Origin: Amphiscolops sp. MND2022
Lineage: Eukaryota
Assembly (NCBI GenBank): GCA_964187785.1
Contig: OZ076409.1
Span: 67,334,001 to 67,398,000, forward strand
Direction: 5' to 3'
Length of the DNA: 64,000 bases
The position numbers and the translations under genes were made by a program. Shown in pieces: positions 24,765-38,299 of this stretch; positions within the stretch are counted from its first letter, which is position 1, and every line of letters begins with the position of its first letter. Below the pieces are notes generated by a model. It had not been told where the DNA came from. It saw nothing but the letters and a program-made list of their open reading frames with translations, and ran no database searches.

Positions 24765-24860
24765 TGTGTTGAGTTTTCTTGTGTTGAGTTTTCTGTGTTG
24801 AGTTTTCGTGTGTTGAGTTTTCTTGTGTTGAGTTTTCTTGTGTTGAGTTTTCTGGTAATC
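24765..24860. repeat. ~15-bp minisatellite (tgtgttgagttttct)n ending ttctggtaatc; probable solo transposon terminus
   Basis: About six units, with the same terminal 11 nt as the array ending at 1311. Confidence 0.8.
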
Positions 24861-26378
24861 AGAATTTATCTATCTTTCAAATTTCGAATATCAAAATTTA
24901 AAAATCATGCGTTATTTTCAATACTAACACAAAATTTGTTTATGATTTCTCCTTAAAAAATTACCATAATGGGCTTCATACATTATGGTTACTTCTCCCA
25001 CCAAAAATAATTTTATAAATCAAAGCTCTTGGGCAAATTTGTCATTACTGCTGTAGACGTGATCAGGGTTTAAACAATTTCTAACGTTTCATCAATCCAT
25101 GTTTGTTTAAGTTGCAATTTTTTTTCTACCCAGAATTTTCATCAAACAGAGAAATAAAGAACTCAACTTGGTGGAAAATATTAAAGTTTCATTGATTGGA
25201 TGCTTTCATGTTTCCATCACTAATTTCTCTAGAAGACAATCTTGGAAATAGATTTCTTTCAAATGGTTACTTCAAAATAGCCCTTGCTGAGTTTCTCATT
25301 TCAGCAAAACTAAGTTTTGAGAACTTCTCATCATTGATTATCACCTTGAAGTAATCACCCGTACACCTGCAGAAAAACAGGCGTGTGTATGCCGTGTGAA
25401 CAAAATTTATGTTCATTCCCGTTTGGTTCTTTTTTTTCCATTTTTCCGTCCACGTGGTTCTTTGATCTGTTCTGTATTGGATGAAACGTGATAGAATACA
25501 AAATAAAGTGTTGATGATAAATATTTTACAACCATTTGAGAATTTTTCCCAAGGACAATGTTTTTAAACACAGCTGATCTGAATATTTCAGGACGGCTCC
25601 GTTATCAAAGGAATTTAGCTGTGGACCGTTGCGTAACTGAGCACAAACAAAAACGTCTCCATCTTCGTCTCGCTACATTTGTAATATTAGCCGACCTGGA
25701 ATCAATTTTGCAAAAGTGGAACTCAGGTCGTTTGAAAGAACAAACCTGCAGCTTCCTTAAGTGCAACAATGCTTTGATTCAGAGTTCAAAAGTGTGTTTC
25801 GACCAAAATAGTAAGAAATGAAATGAGAAAAAATAACCAATTTTATTTGAAATAGGGCCGATTCTCCGAAAAAAACTGATTTTCGGACCGGATCAAGGGT
25901 CCCAAAAAACGTTCGAACTGCCATACCGATGGTTAAATATTGCATATCTAATGTTTTTAGTAGTTGCCTTTCAATAGAAAATTTGCGAGACCGTGTTGTT
26001 TTTCTTTGTCAGGGGACAATTCACAATGAAAAGTTCACTTTTTATATTTTTTGTTGGATATCTTGAGGGCATCTAAAGTATCCAGAGGGTTCCCTATGAT
26101 TATTTTACTTTTCTACTTGCACTACAAAACAACTCGCTTCAAAGCGTCCCCCTTTGGGTTTTTGAGCACTGCTCTATTTTTTCAAAAGCGTTCAATTTCA
26201 TTCAAGTGTCCAAAAGAGTTTTGATCTTTTTGATATTTTCACTTGAGAAAATTTTGGAACCGACAGTGTCCCCTCTTTGGATAATTTTGGCACTGCGAGT
26301 CTCGGAGGGTTCGTTGATATGCTAAATCTTGCATTGAAAAATGTACGGCTCAGATGACGTTTTCTAATTTCAACTCTA

Positions 26379-26575
26379 AACAAGCCGGAAACGGCCCAAG
26401 TCGGCGCCATGTCTAAGGCTAAGAAATAGCAAAAGGATTTCAAAGTGTCAAAGTATTCTCTTCTACAGTACCCGAAAAACCCAAAAATTGGACCGAATTG
26501 GCGTGCCAGGGGGAGGTTTTGGGATTTTTCATCCATTCTTTTGCAAATTATCAAAAAAAATGAAGATAGAGGACC
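26379..26575 (-). mobile_element. HINE family A, 3' fragment
   Basis: aacaagccggaaacggcccaagtcggcgccat..., matching 28492 onward. Confidence 0.8.
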
Positions 26576-28491
26576 AGAGATCAAGTCCGATTTCAAAAGC
26601 ATGGACCATCTAACATTTGGATAGGAAATATTTCAATTACGTAAAAACTACCAGGATTGAGTTTCAACCCAACTAAATGTTAGGATTGGTTTTCAGGGTG
26701 TGGACTCGAAGATCTAATGCTCATTCCTCGTCCTTATTGGATATGTTGCTTCTGTTGTGTATTGCTGGAAACGCTGTATATAGTACTATCCCATAAATTT
26801 ATTTTTTCTTTTCTATAAAATATTTTTCCTTCATTTAAAAAATTTAGAAAGTTTTTTCAGAAAGTCAGTTAGGCCTCAAGATATACTAGCCATAAATTTG
26901 GCATGTCCTCTCGAGACACAATTTGGAGATTAGTCTAGTAGGCTTGGCGGAAACTTTGAGAAAACGAAGTGAACAAGACGCCCGCTGACCAGCAGGATAT
27001 TTTCCGTCCAAACTGTTCTAGTAATGATATATTTTTGAGGCTCAAGAGTAGCCATTGCACTATTATATAAAACGCATAGAAGTTTGATGAAATGAGTTTT
27101 GACACCCAAATGTCGACCCATTTCAAAAGGAAACACCTCAAGAACACAGTGAACATCTATTTGTTTTTTGTCGGCTTGTGCAGAAACCAAAACCTAATCG
27201 CGATCAATATTATTCATAATATTGCGGGAAGTCGCCAAAAACGTCAAAATTTTGAAAATTTTGCTTTTTAGACAACTTTGCGGTCCTTTGAGGAACTTTT
27301 CTGAGTAACTGCATATGCCGTTTTAAAAATCTTTTTGGATACCGGATCCAGTCGACCTTGAATTACAAAATAGCTCGGAAGGTTTGCAGACAATTATAAA
27401 AACACTCCAAAAACAAACCAAAATGGATTATGAACTTGTTTTAGGCCGTTCTGACGAACTTTTTACATACAAAATTGTAAATTTCCTTTCTTAAACTATC
27501 TGAATGCCCTAATTAAGAATTACAGAAATTTCGAAAGCTACGAACTTTTGGTAACTTTTATGATAGAAAATCCCTAACTTGTCAAACTGCCAAAATTTTG
27601 AGTGTTTTCTTGTAATGTACAGAACACGAAATATCCAGCGAAATCCGATTTTCGGAAACTTTTGGACTTTCGACTCATTTGGGTTATTGTGAGATAACAT
27701 TCTACCTAGAAATCTTCAAAGTTTTCATTCAAAAGGCGTACTGCATAGCTTGATAAATTGTCCTGGGACTTTAGGATCATCTAAGTTACGACCAATTTCA
27801 CAAACCATTTCTAAACTCGTCGAAACAAGGAATCTTTCGATATTCTACACCTTTTTCGGTTGCGCCTTGAGCATTTTTCGATACACAAATTATCAAATAC
27901 CTCCCACGAAAGTCCACTGGATATCAGCTGCATTTGTGGTTGAACGATTCAATTATTCTAACACTCGAACGTTTCGAAAAATTCACAAAATTTGCACAAA
28001 ATCTTTTAAAATTTCAATATTTTTTCCAACTCATTTGTCGTTTTGAAGTAATTCTGATTCGAGACAATGTAATTTGCTCATCGATGAGGACACTACGTAC
28101 TCGATTATTTCGCCTTTGATTGTTTTTACCCTTCTAACTTAAACAAAACAGGTCTCCAAAATCACACTCAATTTTTATAAAGCTACATAAACTGAAATTT
28201 TCTGGACATTTCGACAATATTCGTGTCGAAATGAAGCTTCTTTTTGTCAGAAACCGGCATTTACTTCTTCAAAATGCCTACTGGACAACGCACTCAGTTG
28301 TTGTTGCACAGTTTCAACGTTCTATAGTAGGCAAACGTTGTAAATTTTACTAAAATTGCGAAGGAAAATCAAAAACTGTAAAAACATTGGATTTTTCGAC
28401 TAATTTGGGGTCATAGTGGCATTTGTTTCTTTCAAAACTTCTTATATCTCCCCACACAACCCCATTGGGTAACGAAGTCAATACAAAAACT

Positions 28492-29167
28492 AACAAGCCG
28501 GGACCGGCCCAAGTCGGCGCCATATCCAAGGCTCAAAAATAGCAAAAAGACTTCCAAGTGTCACGCACTCTTTTACAGTACTCGAAAATCGAAATTTTCT
28601 TGAAAAAAAACTTTTCGAAAAAATTACATACTCAAAAAACTGGACCGAGTGGCGCGCCGGGGCTCGCTAGCGTGAGCCCCTGGCGCGCTAAAGTCTCACA
28701 ATGCCGAAAAACTGAAAGGGGGGAACCTTTGTGGTTTCTCAACATCCATTCTGTCGCAAAACATGAAAAAATTGAAGGAAACAAAAATTTCCATTTTCGG
28801 GAAAAAATCTCACAATGCTGAAAAAAAACTGAAAGGGGGGACCCTTTGGGATTTTTCAACATCCATTCTGTCGCAAAACACCAAAAAAATGCAGGGGGGA
28901 CCCTTTGGGGAAAAATTTTTTTTCGAAAAAAAGTCTCGCAGTGCCGAAAAAAAATGAAAGGGGGGAGTCTTTAGTCTCGCCCGGTATGGTATGTTACGCG
29001 GAAAAACAGGAAAAACCTTTTTGGTTCAGTTCGCTAGTCCAAATAGTGCATTTTGATGCAATAATATTTTGTAGAACTTTTGTAGAACTATTTTGGTCAG
29101 TTCGTGTGGATAGAAAAAAAAGAGTTACTATAATAGTCGCGTTTCACTTCATGAAGCGCCGACTAAA
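28492..29167 (-). mobile_element. HINE family A, young full-length copy
   Basis: aacaag-gccgg ga ccggc hairpin-agtcggcgc subTIR ... agtcgcgtttcacttcatgaagcgccgact. Nearly identical to the reverse complement of 37621-38299. Confidence 0.88.
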
Positions 29168-30022
29168 AAACTGTTACATGTTGGAGTTTTTCACATTGGT
29201 CAAAGTTTGAGCCCTTTTTTTATTAGAGCATTGTGTTTAGTTCTTGACAAACACCTCCCGGACAACAAATTGTTTCTTTGTTGAACGTGTTCAACATTCC
29301 AAGCCACTAAGTTTTTCGAGAAGTAGACTAAAAGTGCATGAAATCTCTAAAAATCCGATTTTTTTTGAATTTTTGTCCAATTTCGGTCTGAATTTGAGAC
29401 ATTTTCTCAAAACCAAATGCCATTATCTCTTCGAAGAAGCCTCTTGGACAACAAAATCTTTTCTTGTTGTTTTTTTCAGCTTTCTAAGCTGGCAAGTGTA
29501 TCAAATATTTTACAAAAATTGCAATAAACTTGCATGTTGAAAAGCTTTTTTGAATTTCTTACAATTTCGATCTCAGTTTGAGGGCGTTTTTCATTTGACA
29601 AATTGCCAGTATTTTTTTTGAAAAAGCCTCTTGGGAAACAAATCTTGTCGGTTTTGAACGTTTTCAACGTTTTAAGCCTCGATATCTATCGAAAATTTGA
29701 CAAAAACTGCAAAAAAACTCTAAAAGTAAGAAATTTTGAACATTTTGTGATTCTTGGGTCATTTTGGGTCCTTTTCTTTTCAAAAAACCGCTTTTATCTC
29801 ATTATAAACGACTACTGGACAACAAAAGCTTGCCTTGTTCGAAGTTTTCATCTTTTCGATCCCACGATGTCTATCAAAAATTTGATAAAATATGCAAGAA
29901 AAAAAAACGTTTAAAACCGTAAATTTCGCAATTTTCAATATTTTTGGGGTCAGTTTTTGGTCATTCTGGGGCCTTTGAGGTCAATCAATAAAACTTTAAA
30001 AATCCCTACAAATACATACCAC

Positions 30023-30153
30023 ATGATACTAATTTTACGTCAGTTGAATTCTAACCCTTTAGCTTGAACCCTTTTAGGGGGTGATTCCGAATCACCCCCT
30101 AAAAGGGCTCAAGCTAAAGGGTAAGAACTTAACTGACGTAAAATTAGTATCAT
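30023..30153. repeat. ~130-bp near-perfect palindrome inside HINE-B copy 2
   Basis: atgatactaattttacgtcagtt...gggggtgattc c gaatcaccccc...aactgacgtaaaattagtatcat. Confidence 0.92.
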
Positions 30154-32178
30154 TTAGTCAAAGTTTTGACTGAATTTCGAAAAAGTGTATTTTTGGACTA
30201 ACGTCCACTTTTCACTAACTACGTGCCTTGACTAGTTTACACTATTTTCCATTACGCGCGTTGACACAGCTATACCGTTCAGGCATAGACCGTCTTGACC
30301 AACTTACGCTGAATGACCATTTTACGGATTAAACAGCTTACGCTGCGTGACTGAAATCCATTTTACCGGGATGTGTATCGTATTGTCCTTTTTTTCTTCT
30401 AACCCTTTTAAGGGTGAAACCCTTTAGCTTGAATATAAATTTGGTGCTTGGCAAATTTTGTAAAAAAACACCCGTTTGATTTAAATATTTTCCTTTTCCA
30501 TATGAAATATGGACGGAAAATAATACTTGAAAGTCTGGTAATTGAAAGAGAGGAATTTAGTCACTTGCAAAAAATTCGAAAATTCAAACTGGAAAATTAA
30601 CAGCTTTAGGGTCTTTTCGGTTTGTTCAGGCACTTTTTTCTGGAGAAATTCCAGTATGTTAAGTAGCTCATTAATTTGTCGTTTAGCCCATTTTAACCTA
30701 CGAAAATTGGGTGAAGCCTTCCAACATTTTTGGAACACTTCACACTTTAGGCAATTTTCTCCGAAAAAAGTCTTCCACAATTACAAGTGTTACAAGATTA
30801 GTTTTTAGTGATCGAACTTTGTGGAAGAATCTCTGTCTGTGGGGTTTAAAATTGAAACATGGCAAACCTTTGAAAAAATGACGCGGCTGAGCGGAAAATG
30901 ACATGAACAATACTATGGTAATTTTCAGATTTTTTGTCTGTTCCTATTGCTTTTAAGATTTTAACAAGTGAAGACATGTGATCAACGTAAGAGTTCAGCT
31001 TTCGTCGTTTTGTTTCAGTAGCTGACCGAAAACAGCCATTATTATTTAGCAACCTCTAAATTCAATTGTTTGTATAGTGATAGAATGATGATATGAACTT
31101 TTTGTTGCTTCTCTTTTTTTCGACTGAATCCACATTATTGGCATTTTGTCTTATTCTCCCCCTAGTGAAAATAAAAAGCTGCCTTCTATTTTCAGCTTGC
31201 ATTCACATGGAAGATTTGGATCAATTGTTACGACATCGGAAATAATATCGTCTTCTTGTTCAGGAAATAAGTCAATTTCAGTTCGTTGGCTGAAATAGAG
31301 CGTGTTGGTCTTAGCAAAACAAACCGGGCCTGTAGCTAAGTGATAACTCGAGTTGGGAGAAACAATTTGGCAGCATATGCTTCATTGGGAAATAAACCAT
31401 TATCCCCGGTAACAGCGGCACTTAAAATGCCACCCCAAAATATTTTACCTGTGATTGATAGCACCTTGTCCGGATGTTATTCCTATTGATCATCATGAAA
31501 GCCTCCATGAAAGCCTCCCTCAAAATTTCTCCAGGTGCAAAATTTCATCACCCTTTTGTTCTATTTTCATTTTGGAAAAAAGTTACGAAGCCTCGTCGAA
31601 TTCAGGTGTAATGAATAGTAGTTTTATCGAGAGAATAGCAATCAGGTCAACAATGCCTGGGAAAATCCTGGCACCGAAAATCCTGGAAAACTAAATCAGA
31701 ATTTTGTTAGAATTTTCAATTGGACTCAGACTGCGCAAGTCAAGCGATTTTTTTTCAGAAATTGATGAATTTATAATGCAAGAATGTGAAAATTTTGAAA
31801 AAAAATCAAGAGAACTTTATCAAAGTCTACGAAGCATGGGACGTTGGATGCATTATGACAGGATGTTTTCAAATGCTCCTGAGAGAACCACAGTGCGTGG
31901 AAATTGTGTTGCATAATTTACTCTTAGCACCAGGACGAAAGACAATAAACTTCAATTTTTTTCAATCTAATTTTGTATCTTCTCAAGTGTTTTATTCAAC
32001 TCATCTCGCATTTCTTGAATATTTTTAGAAGAGATTACATATTTTTTTCATTTGTCTTCACAAAACAAAACTTTGCAAAGTTTTGCAAAGACATGTCCGC
32101 ATTTGTTGGGTTACAAGTTTGGTACTATTTTATTTTCTTTTCTGTGGAATGTGCTCTAACACTTCGACAGTGAATTCA

Positions 32179-32314
32179 GGGAGCATGGTGTAGTGATTAG
32201 AGGATTCGACCTGCACTGGGACGATGTCAGGTTCGAATCTCTCTCAACCCACTATTGCTGGGCATAGAGCAAGCCCTTCATCCGTAGCTTAGTGATATGG
32301 TCAATGTCAAAAAA
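32179..32314 (+). mobile_element. tRNA-derived SINE (Pol III A/B boxes)
   Basis: A box tggtgtagtgatt and B box ggttcgaatc at tRNA spacing. Acceptor and T stems are broken. Followed by a tRNA-unrelated body (gagcaagcccttcatcc) and an A-rich end. Confidence 0.7.
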
Positions 32315-35300
32315 TAACGCTTTTGCAAGAGAAAAGCAAAAACGAAAAGAGCAACGGTGAGCAGTCAGACCTTTTTGACCTTGAGCAAGTCACTTTGAAA
32401 CCACAGCTTCAAGTCCACCATTGCTTCATCACTTGGCTGCAAATATGGCACCATAGCTTCTATGGGATGAAAAGAAATATTCAATGTGAAATTGTTTCAT
32501 ATTCTCATGAGACGTGATTTTTAACTCGATTCTCCGGGTACCATATCTGGGATGAATAAAAAATGGATGCCCAATTTTTCGAAATTATTCTTCGACGATT
32601 TCTGGCCCAATTGAAGAACATCCGTCTAATGGAGGAAGTGAAACCAAATACATTCAATTGAAAAATCCATTCAGCTCAAGAAAATTTAATTGATTTGTGA
32701 AGGAATCATTTTTCTGATTTACATTTCCTCAAAATGGTGTTTCTACAAATTGGACGTTACATGAAGTACTCGATCTTGTCTGTCTGTGCTTTCATGAATT
32801 TTTCAAAATTCAGTCGTTGTCATTCAAAATTCTGGCTGTAAATTTTATTCAGCTCGATAGAAGTCGAATTTGATGAAGAATGTGGTCATTTCAAATCTGC
32901 ACAAAGTTGATGAAATGTATTGAAAGCATGCAGTAACACGATATGCTATGTATAATCTTCATCAATTTCTTGTTTATATTCATTCAACTTTTAGACTGTA
33001 AGTCCGCACTGTGAATGACTTGAATAATTGTATGTCGTATCGGCACTTTTTATGGTTTCTTACTGAAACAGTGCATGCAATTTCTTCTTCGTTATTTTTC
33101 TCTCCCTTGAGAGACGAAAGTTCGAACAAATCTTACTGTTGTTGACGTCAAATCCAAGGTGAAATTTCATTCAAGCTTCATTTGTTATTTTAAATTTTCG
33201 ACGGAGAAATTGTCTTCCAAAACTCTTTGGGGGCTTTTATTTTATTATCATCATTATACATCTACACACAAGATCAGTCTGATAGCGAATCGATCGTTCA
33301 AGGTAAAAACTTTTGTTTCTCGAACAGTTTTGAAATGTTGCTTTTGGAGTAGGAGTAGTATTTTGAATCAGCATTAAGGATTATATCTCCAGGATTCCCT
33401 AGGACTGCCAAGGACAGGACCAGGACTTGACCAGTCTTTACCAGTCCTTGGGAACCCTTGGCCGTCAGGAACCCTCGATTTCACACTTTTGTCAGCATGG
33501 GAAACCTCGTCATTTTGGACCTCAACAAACTTAAATTAGGATCAATTTGCACTTTCATCAATTTCGGAAGCGTTTGTTAAACAAGGTTTTTGAAACGCTC
33601 ATTTAAAGACAAATCTGCTAAAATTATATACTTCTTTGTAGAAAGCAAAAACAGAAAACTTGGATTCATGACTCATGGCTGATGTGGAAGCAAAATTAGA
33701 ACTATGATTTTAACGTATCATTATCCAACAGAAGTTGATTGGAACTCTTATGGGATTTTAAGGAACCTCTGAATGATTTTATGTTTTTCGTCATTAATCG
33801 AAATTGGATTATCTTACTCCACGGACTTTCGATAAAATACTTGGATCTTCTAAACAGTCCCTTCACCATAACCTTATGAAGCACAGTCCCTCTAAGTTGA
33901 AGAATCTCTTGAAGAATAGCCCCCAAGCATACTTGGGGGACTATCGTTCATAAGATCCAATACTTTTGATGAAACACCAACTTTTCATCATCTCGCTCAA
34001 TTGATCATTTTTTCAAAAAAGTCGTTTTCAAAACACACAGATAGCGGACACAACAAAAAGTACGAAAATGAGTTAAAACCGGAAAGCAAGTGGAGGCTCC
34101 GCGTTGAATACGTGTTTATGAAGACAAATCCCTTAAAGACGTGGTGGAGTCTGTTTTATGCAAATAGAAGTCATTAAAAATGAGTAGCAATAAAGTAACC
34201 AGTTTCACCCCCGAGGGTATGCTTAAGTAAACCCTTGTGGTCGATTAAATCTTGTGCGATGTAAATTAGGCAATAAACTTTATGAACTTGTACTTCATTT
34301 GCGAATCCCTCGTCTCGCCATCTTACCATATTTGGTAGGCTGCTCCCACTATCATATGTGTAGAATACAACATTTGAAATAAAGGCATTAATGAACATTG
34401 CAGTTATGACGCAAGTTGCTAATTTAAAATGCCCAGTTCGATGTACTTTGAAGAAGACTTTTGAAACACTTTCATAAACACGAGTTCTCGTATTAAGTTC
34501 ATGATTTCTGTAGAAACAAGCGAAATATGTCATAAAAGGGGTGAGTGCTCTCAGAATTTAATCCAATATCTGCCAAGTACAAATTTGAGGTCAAGAGTTG
34601 TGAAAGCACAGCTAGCTAAAAATAAAAATCAAAAACTGGGCCAAAAAATTTTAAAGTTGAGAACATATTTTTCAACATATCCTTTGTTGAACTTTTTGCA
34701 TGTTTATTAAAGTTGCCATCAACTTTTACTATGATTTTCTAAAACTTTCATGTGAAAATTTTTTCCTGTTATATTCGACTTTTATCAAGCTACCTGAAAA
34801 AAGCATTCTAGAATATGCGTCAATTTTAAGCATTGAAGTTTTTGACATGACCTTAAAATGATTTAAAAATGACGTTCTCTTTTAGTTTGGTTTGAGTATT
34901 TGATTGATTGAGTATTTTATCGAAATGAAAAGACAATTTCAAAACAATTCACTTTGTCTTCCACAAGTTATATTCTGCCACTTCTCATGAAGCAAAAAGA
35001 AACAGAACACAAATTGGCCAAAATCAAGTATTCGGATCGATAATTCATAAGTTGACAACATTGTTTTGAATCCCCGTTTGAAAGTCTGTTCCTAGATTGT
35101 GAACAAACGTTTATCTGGTGTCTAACTTCCAAAAATGTTACCAAAAATCAAGGCAAACCAATTGTCTTTGGACTCTTCTTGTCTGATTATAATTCTAGCT
35201 AGCCAGCAAATAGAAAAAAGGAAAGCAAAATATATATCAAATTAAGGTCCTTTTACCTCAGATCTTTAAAATATAATAATCACAAACTTATACCCGAACA

Positions 35301-36099
35301 GTTTATTAAAGAAAACTTTGTAACAGATTGCACCGGAGTTGATATTCATTGGAGACAAAAAACGCCCTATTTAAAAAGTGCCCAAATTAAAGTGTCAAAA
35401 GTGCCCCAATCAAAGGCGACTGGCGTTTCAAACAACCAAATTGAAGTTCGTCACTCTATTTGAAAAGTTGGCGGTTGTTTTTTTTGAAACGATCCATTAT
35501 CAGGTTGCTTCATTGGAAAATTAAAAAGTGCAGTTGAAAATTTCCAAAATTAGAAGCTTAAGTGTTTTAGATAGAGGTTTTTTAGGTGTGAAAATGTCAA
35601 AGTGGGCATTACCACGAAGTAATTATATTCATTCAACATCTGCAATTAGTCTCAGTTGAAGGCGGAAAAATGTCAACGAACATCAACGTTACGATTTGCA
35701 TTGGGGCAGTTTTGGCCCGATTCAAAACCTAATAGGTTATTTTCGGAACTGTGAGACTTTGTTTGAGAAATCAATTTTTCAAAAAGGTTCCTTTTTCTTT
35801 TTTTTTTGGAGTTTTTTGACAGAAAAAAACACTTTCAAGCTCAAAGGATCCCCTCTTGGAATTTTTTGGCACTTTTTTTTCAGAAAAACTAGGTTAACAG
35901 CGCCGTCGTTTGCTGCTGCCAGTTTTTGTCGGTGATAGACTCCTCCTAGAAATAATTTTACAGAGTATGGACAAAAGTTTGTCATGAAAATTCAATGTTT
36001 GGAGTTTTTGCAAGGCGTAAAAAAGTCGGGCTTTGGATCAATCAAGCTCAATTAATAGCTAGAAAATAGTTAAACGAACATCTCAAAGGCGTCTGAATT

Positions 36100-37500
36100 T
36101 TGTTGCCCGTGACGAATGCGGCCTTTCTTAGGACAAAAAGTGGGAGAAGACGAGAATCAAGAGCAAATTCACTGCGCCATCAATTTGTAAAAAAGTCATA
36201 CAAAATGGAGGCGTTTTTGACACCAAACGACGTGGTAGAAAAAGACCCAGAGAGATGTGCGTTGAATGAAAAAATGGCCAGGAAAGACAACAAGGCCTCG
36301 GTAGAGAAACATCGAAAATCTACAGCTTCAGCTCGAAAACTCTGCCGACTAAATTGATTCGACGAGCTCTGCTCAAAATGGACTTGGGCGGTCGTGCTGC
36401 TGCGACGAAATTCAGATTAGAGCGAAAACTGGAATTATTCGACACCTTTGGGCTCCGCAGCGGAGACATAGGACCATTGAAGAATGGAGGAGGATGGTTT
36501 CCAGTGATGAATGCAAGTTGGCATTGTGGAGTGACGGGTGCGTTAATATATGGAGGACTGCTGGTACTCGATACAAGCCAGTCATCACAATTGAAAAGTC
36601 AAGATCACGATTCTCCTTCATGTTTTGGTGATTTATCAGTGGCACTGAGTCAGGAGTGTTGTTGAGTAGTTGAAGGCCCGACAAAATGGAAAAGTGCAGA
36701 TTATACCAGGTTGCTGAAAACTGCCGGAGTCGACCCCAGTTTTTTATGAATGAAAACTGCGGATTCATCGATCGAAAAAAATAAGCAGTTGTTCCATGAC
36801 AATGGTCTTTCGAAAGAGGTCTGGCCTCCGTACAGCGCTGATTTCAATTCTTTAGAAAACGTTCAAGCTCACATTAAACGGCATTTGAATGCAATGCACC
36901 TGACCCCTGACACTCTAGAAAAAGCTGTTTCTTAGCCGGCGCCTTTTCCCTTGAGGAAAAATGCCCGACTATTACAGTGGGTAATTTTCTTTTCAGCCTA
37001 CAATCTCACTCTGAGTTGTCCACGTTTTTTACAATTCTTACAATCTTACAAGGTTTACATTTCTTTTTAGCTTACGAAGTAGTATTTTTACATCATCTGA
37101 GAAACTCAACGGGGCCAAAGGGCCAAAGAGTATTTTCGGCTCTGTGAGACTTTTTTTCGAAAAAAATTCTCAGCAAAGGGTCCCCCCTTCAATTTTTTGA
37201 TTTTGTCCGACAGAATGGATGTTGAAAAATCCCAAAGGGTCCCTCTTTTCAGTTTGTTTCGGCATTGTGAGACTTTTTTCCAATTTTTTTTTCATAAAAG
37301 GGTCCCCAATTCAATACTTTGACATTTTCAAGTCCTTTTGCCATTTTTGAGTCTTCGATATGGCGCCGAATTGGGCCGTTCCCTGCTTGTTTCTGTTTGG
37401 AATACCGTTAAGGAATCTTTCGCCGATTACTTTATTATTCTCTGCCGCAACGTGTGTCTCAATGAATTAAAATCTCTGAATTATTGATGAATTGTTAGAT
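36100..37500 (+). pseudogene. Decayed Tc1/mariner transposase interrupted by a HINE
   Basis: WPPYSADFNSLENV resembles the Tc1 WPxxSPDLNPIEN motif. After the HINE the C-terminus resumes (SVWNTV...YSLPQRVSQ). Multiple frameshifts. Confidence 0.75.
36932..37391 (+). mobile_element. HINE family A copy inserted in the Tc1 transposase
   Basis: tagccggcgc...atgcccgacta ... ggcgccgaattgggccgttccctgcttgtt. Confidence 0.82.
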
Positions 37501-37620
37501 AAGTTTTTACCGTGAACTTTTGTCGATGCACTGTGGCTCGAAAAAATTGCTATAGATTTTCTACGGTTTTAGTTTCAAAAAAAGTTTATAATTTCAAATA
37601 AATCTCTACTTTGTTATTTT

Positions 37621-38299
37621 TAGTCGGCGCTTCATGAAGTGAAACGCGACTATTATAGTGACTCTTTTTTTTTTCTATCCACACGAACTGACCAAAATAG
37701 TTCTACAAAAGTTCTACAAAATATTATTGCATCAAAATGCACTATTTGGTCTAGCGAACTGAACCAAAAAGGTTTTTCCTGTTTTTCCGCGTAACATACC
37801 ATACCGGGCGAGACCAAAGACCCTTTCATTTTTTTCGGCACTGCGAGACATTTTTTTTCGGAATTTTTTTCTTCGGAATTTTTTTCCTCAAAGGGTCCCC
37901 CCTGCATTTTTTTGATGTTTTGCGACAGAATGGATGTTGAAAAATCCCAAAGGGTCCCCCCTTTCAGTTTTTTTCGGCATTGTGAGATTTTTTCCCGAAA
38001 ATGAAAATTTTTGTTTTCTTCAATTTTTTCATGTTTTGCGACAGAATGGATGTTGAAAAACCTCAAAGGGCCCCCCTTTCAGTTTTTCGGCATTGTGAGA
38101 CGTTAGCGCGCCAGGGGCTCGCGGTAGCGAGCCCCGGCGCGCCACTCGGTCCATTTTTTTAGTATGTAATTTTTTCAAAAAAAAATTTCGAAAAATTTTC
38201 GATTTTCGACTACTGTAAACGAATACTTGACACTTGGAAGTCTTTTTGCTATTTTTGAGCCTTGGATATGGCGCCGACTTGGGCCGGTCCCGGCTTGTT
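37621..38299 (+). mobile_element. HINE family A, young full-length copy
   Basis: tttt|tagtcggcgcttcatgaagtgaaacgcgacta ... ggcgccgacttgggccggtcccggcttg|tt. T-rich insertion site, no TSD. Confidence 0.9.

Larger units (their letters stand above)
26972..30522 (-). mobile_element. Long HINE family B, copy 2, containing a nested family A copy and an internal foldback
   Basis: SubTIR tattttccgtcca (~26998) and tggacggaaaata (~30510). Hairpin gctg-ac-cagc next to the aacaag end. Confidence 0.8.

Noticed and set aside
32179..32252. Functional tRNA (Cys-like GCA) gene
   Set aside because: The acceptor, anticodon and T stems do not pair; only the A/B boxes remain.
34174..34533. 119-aa minus-strand ORF
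   Set aside because: No recognisable domain or splice support; possibly a TE relic, but unassignable by eye.
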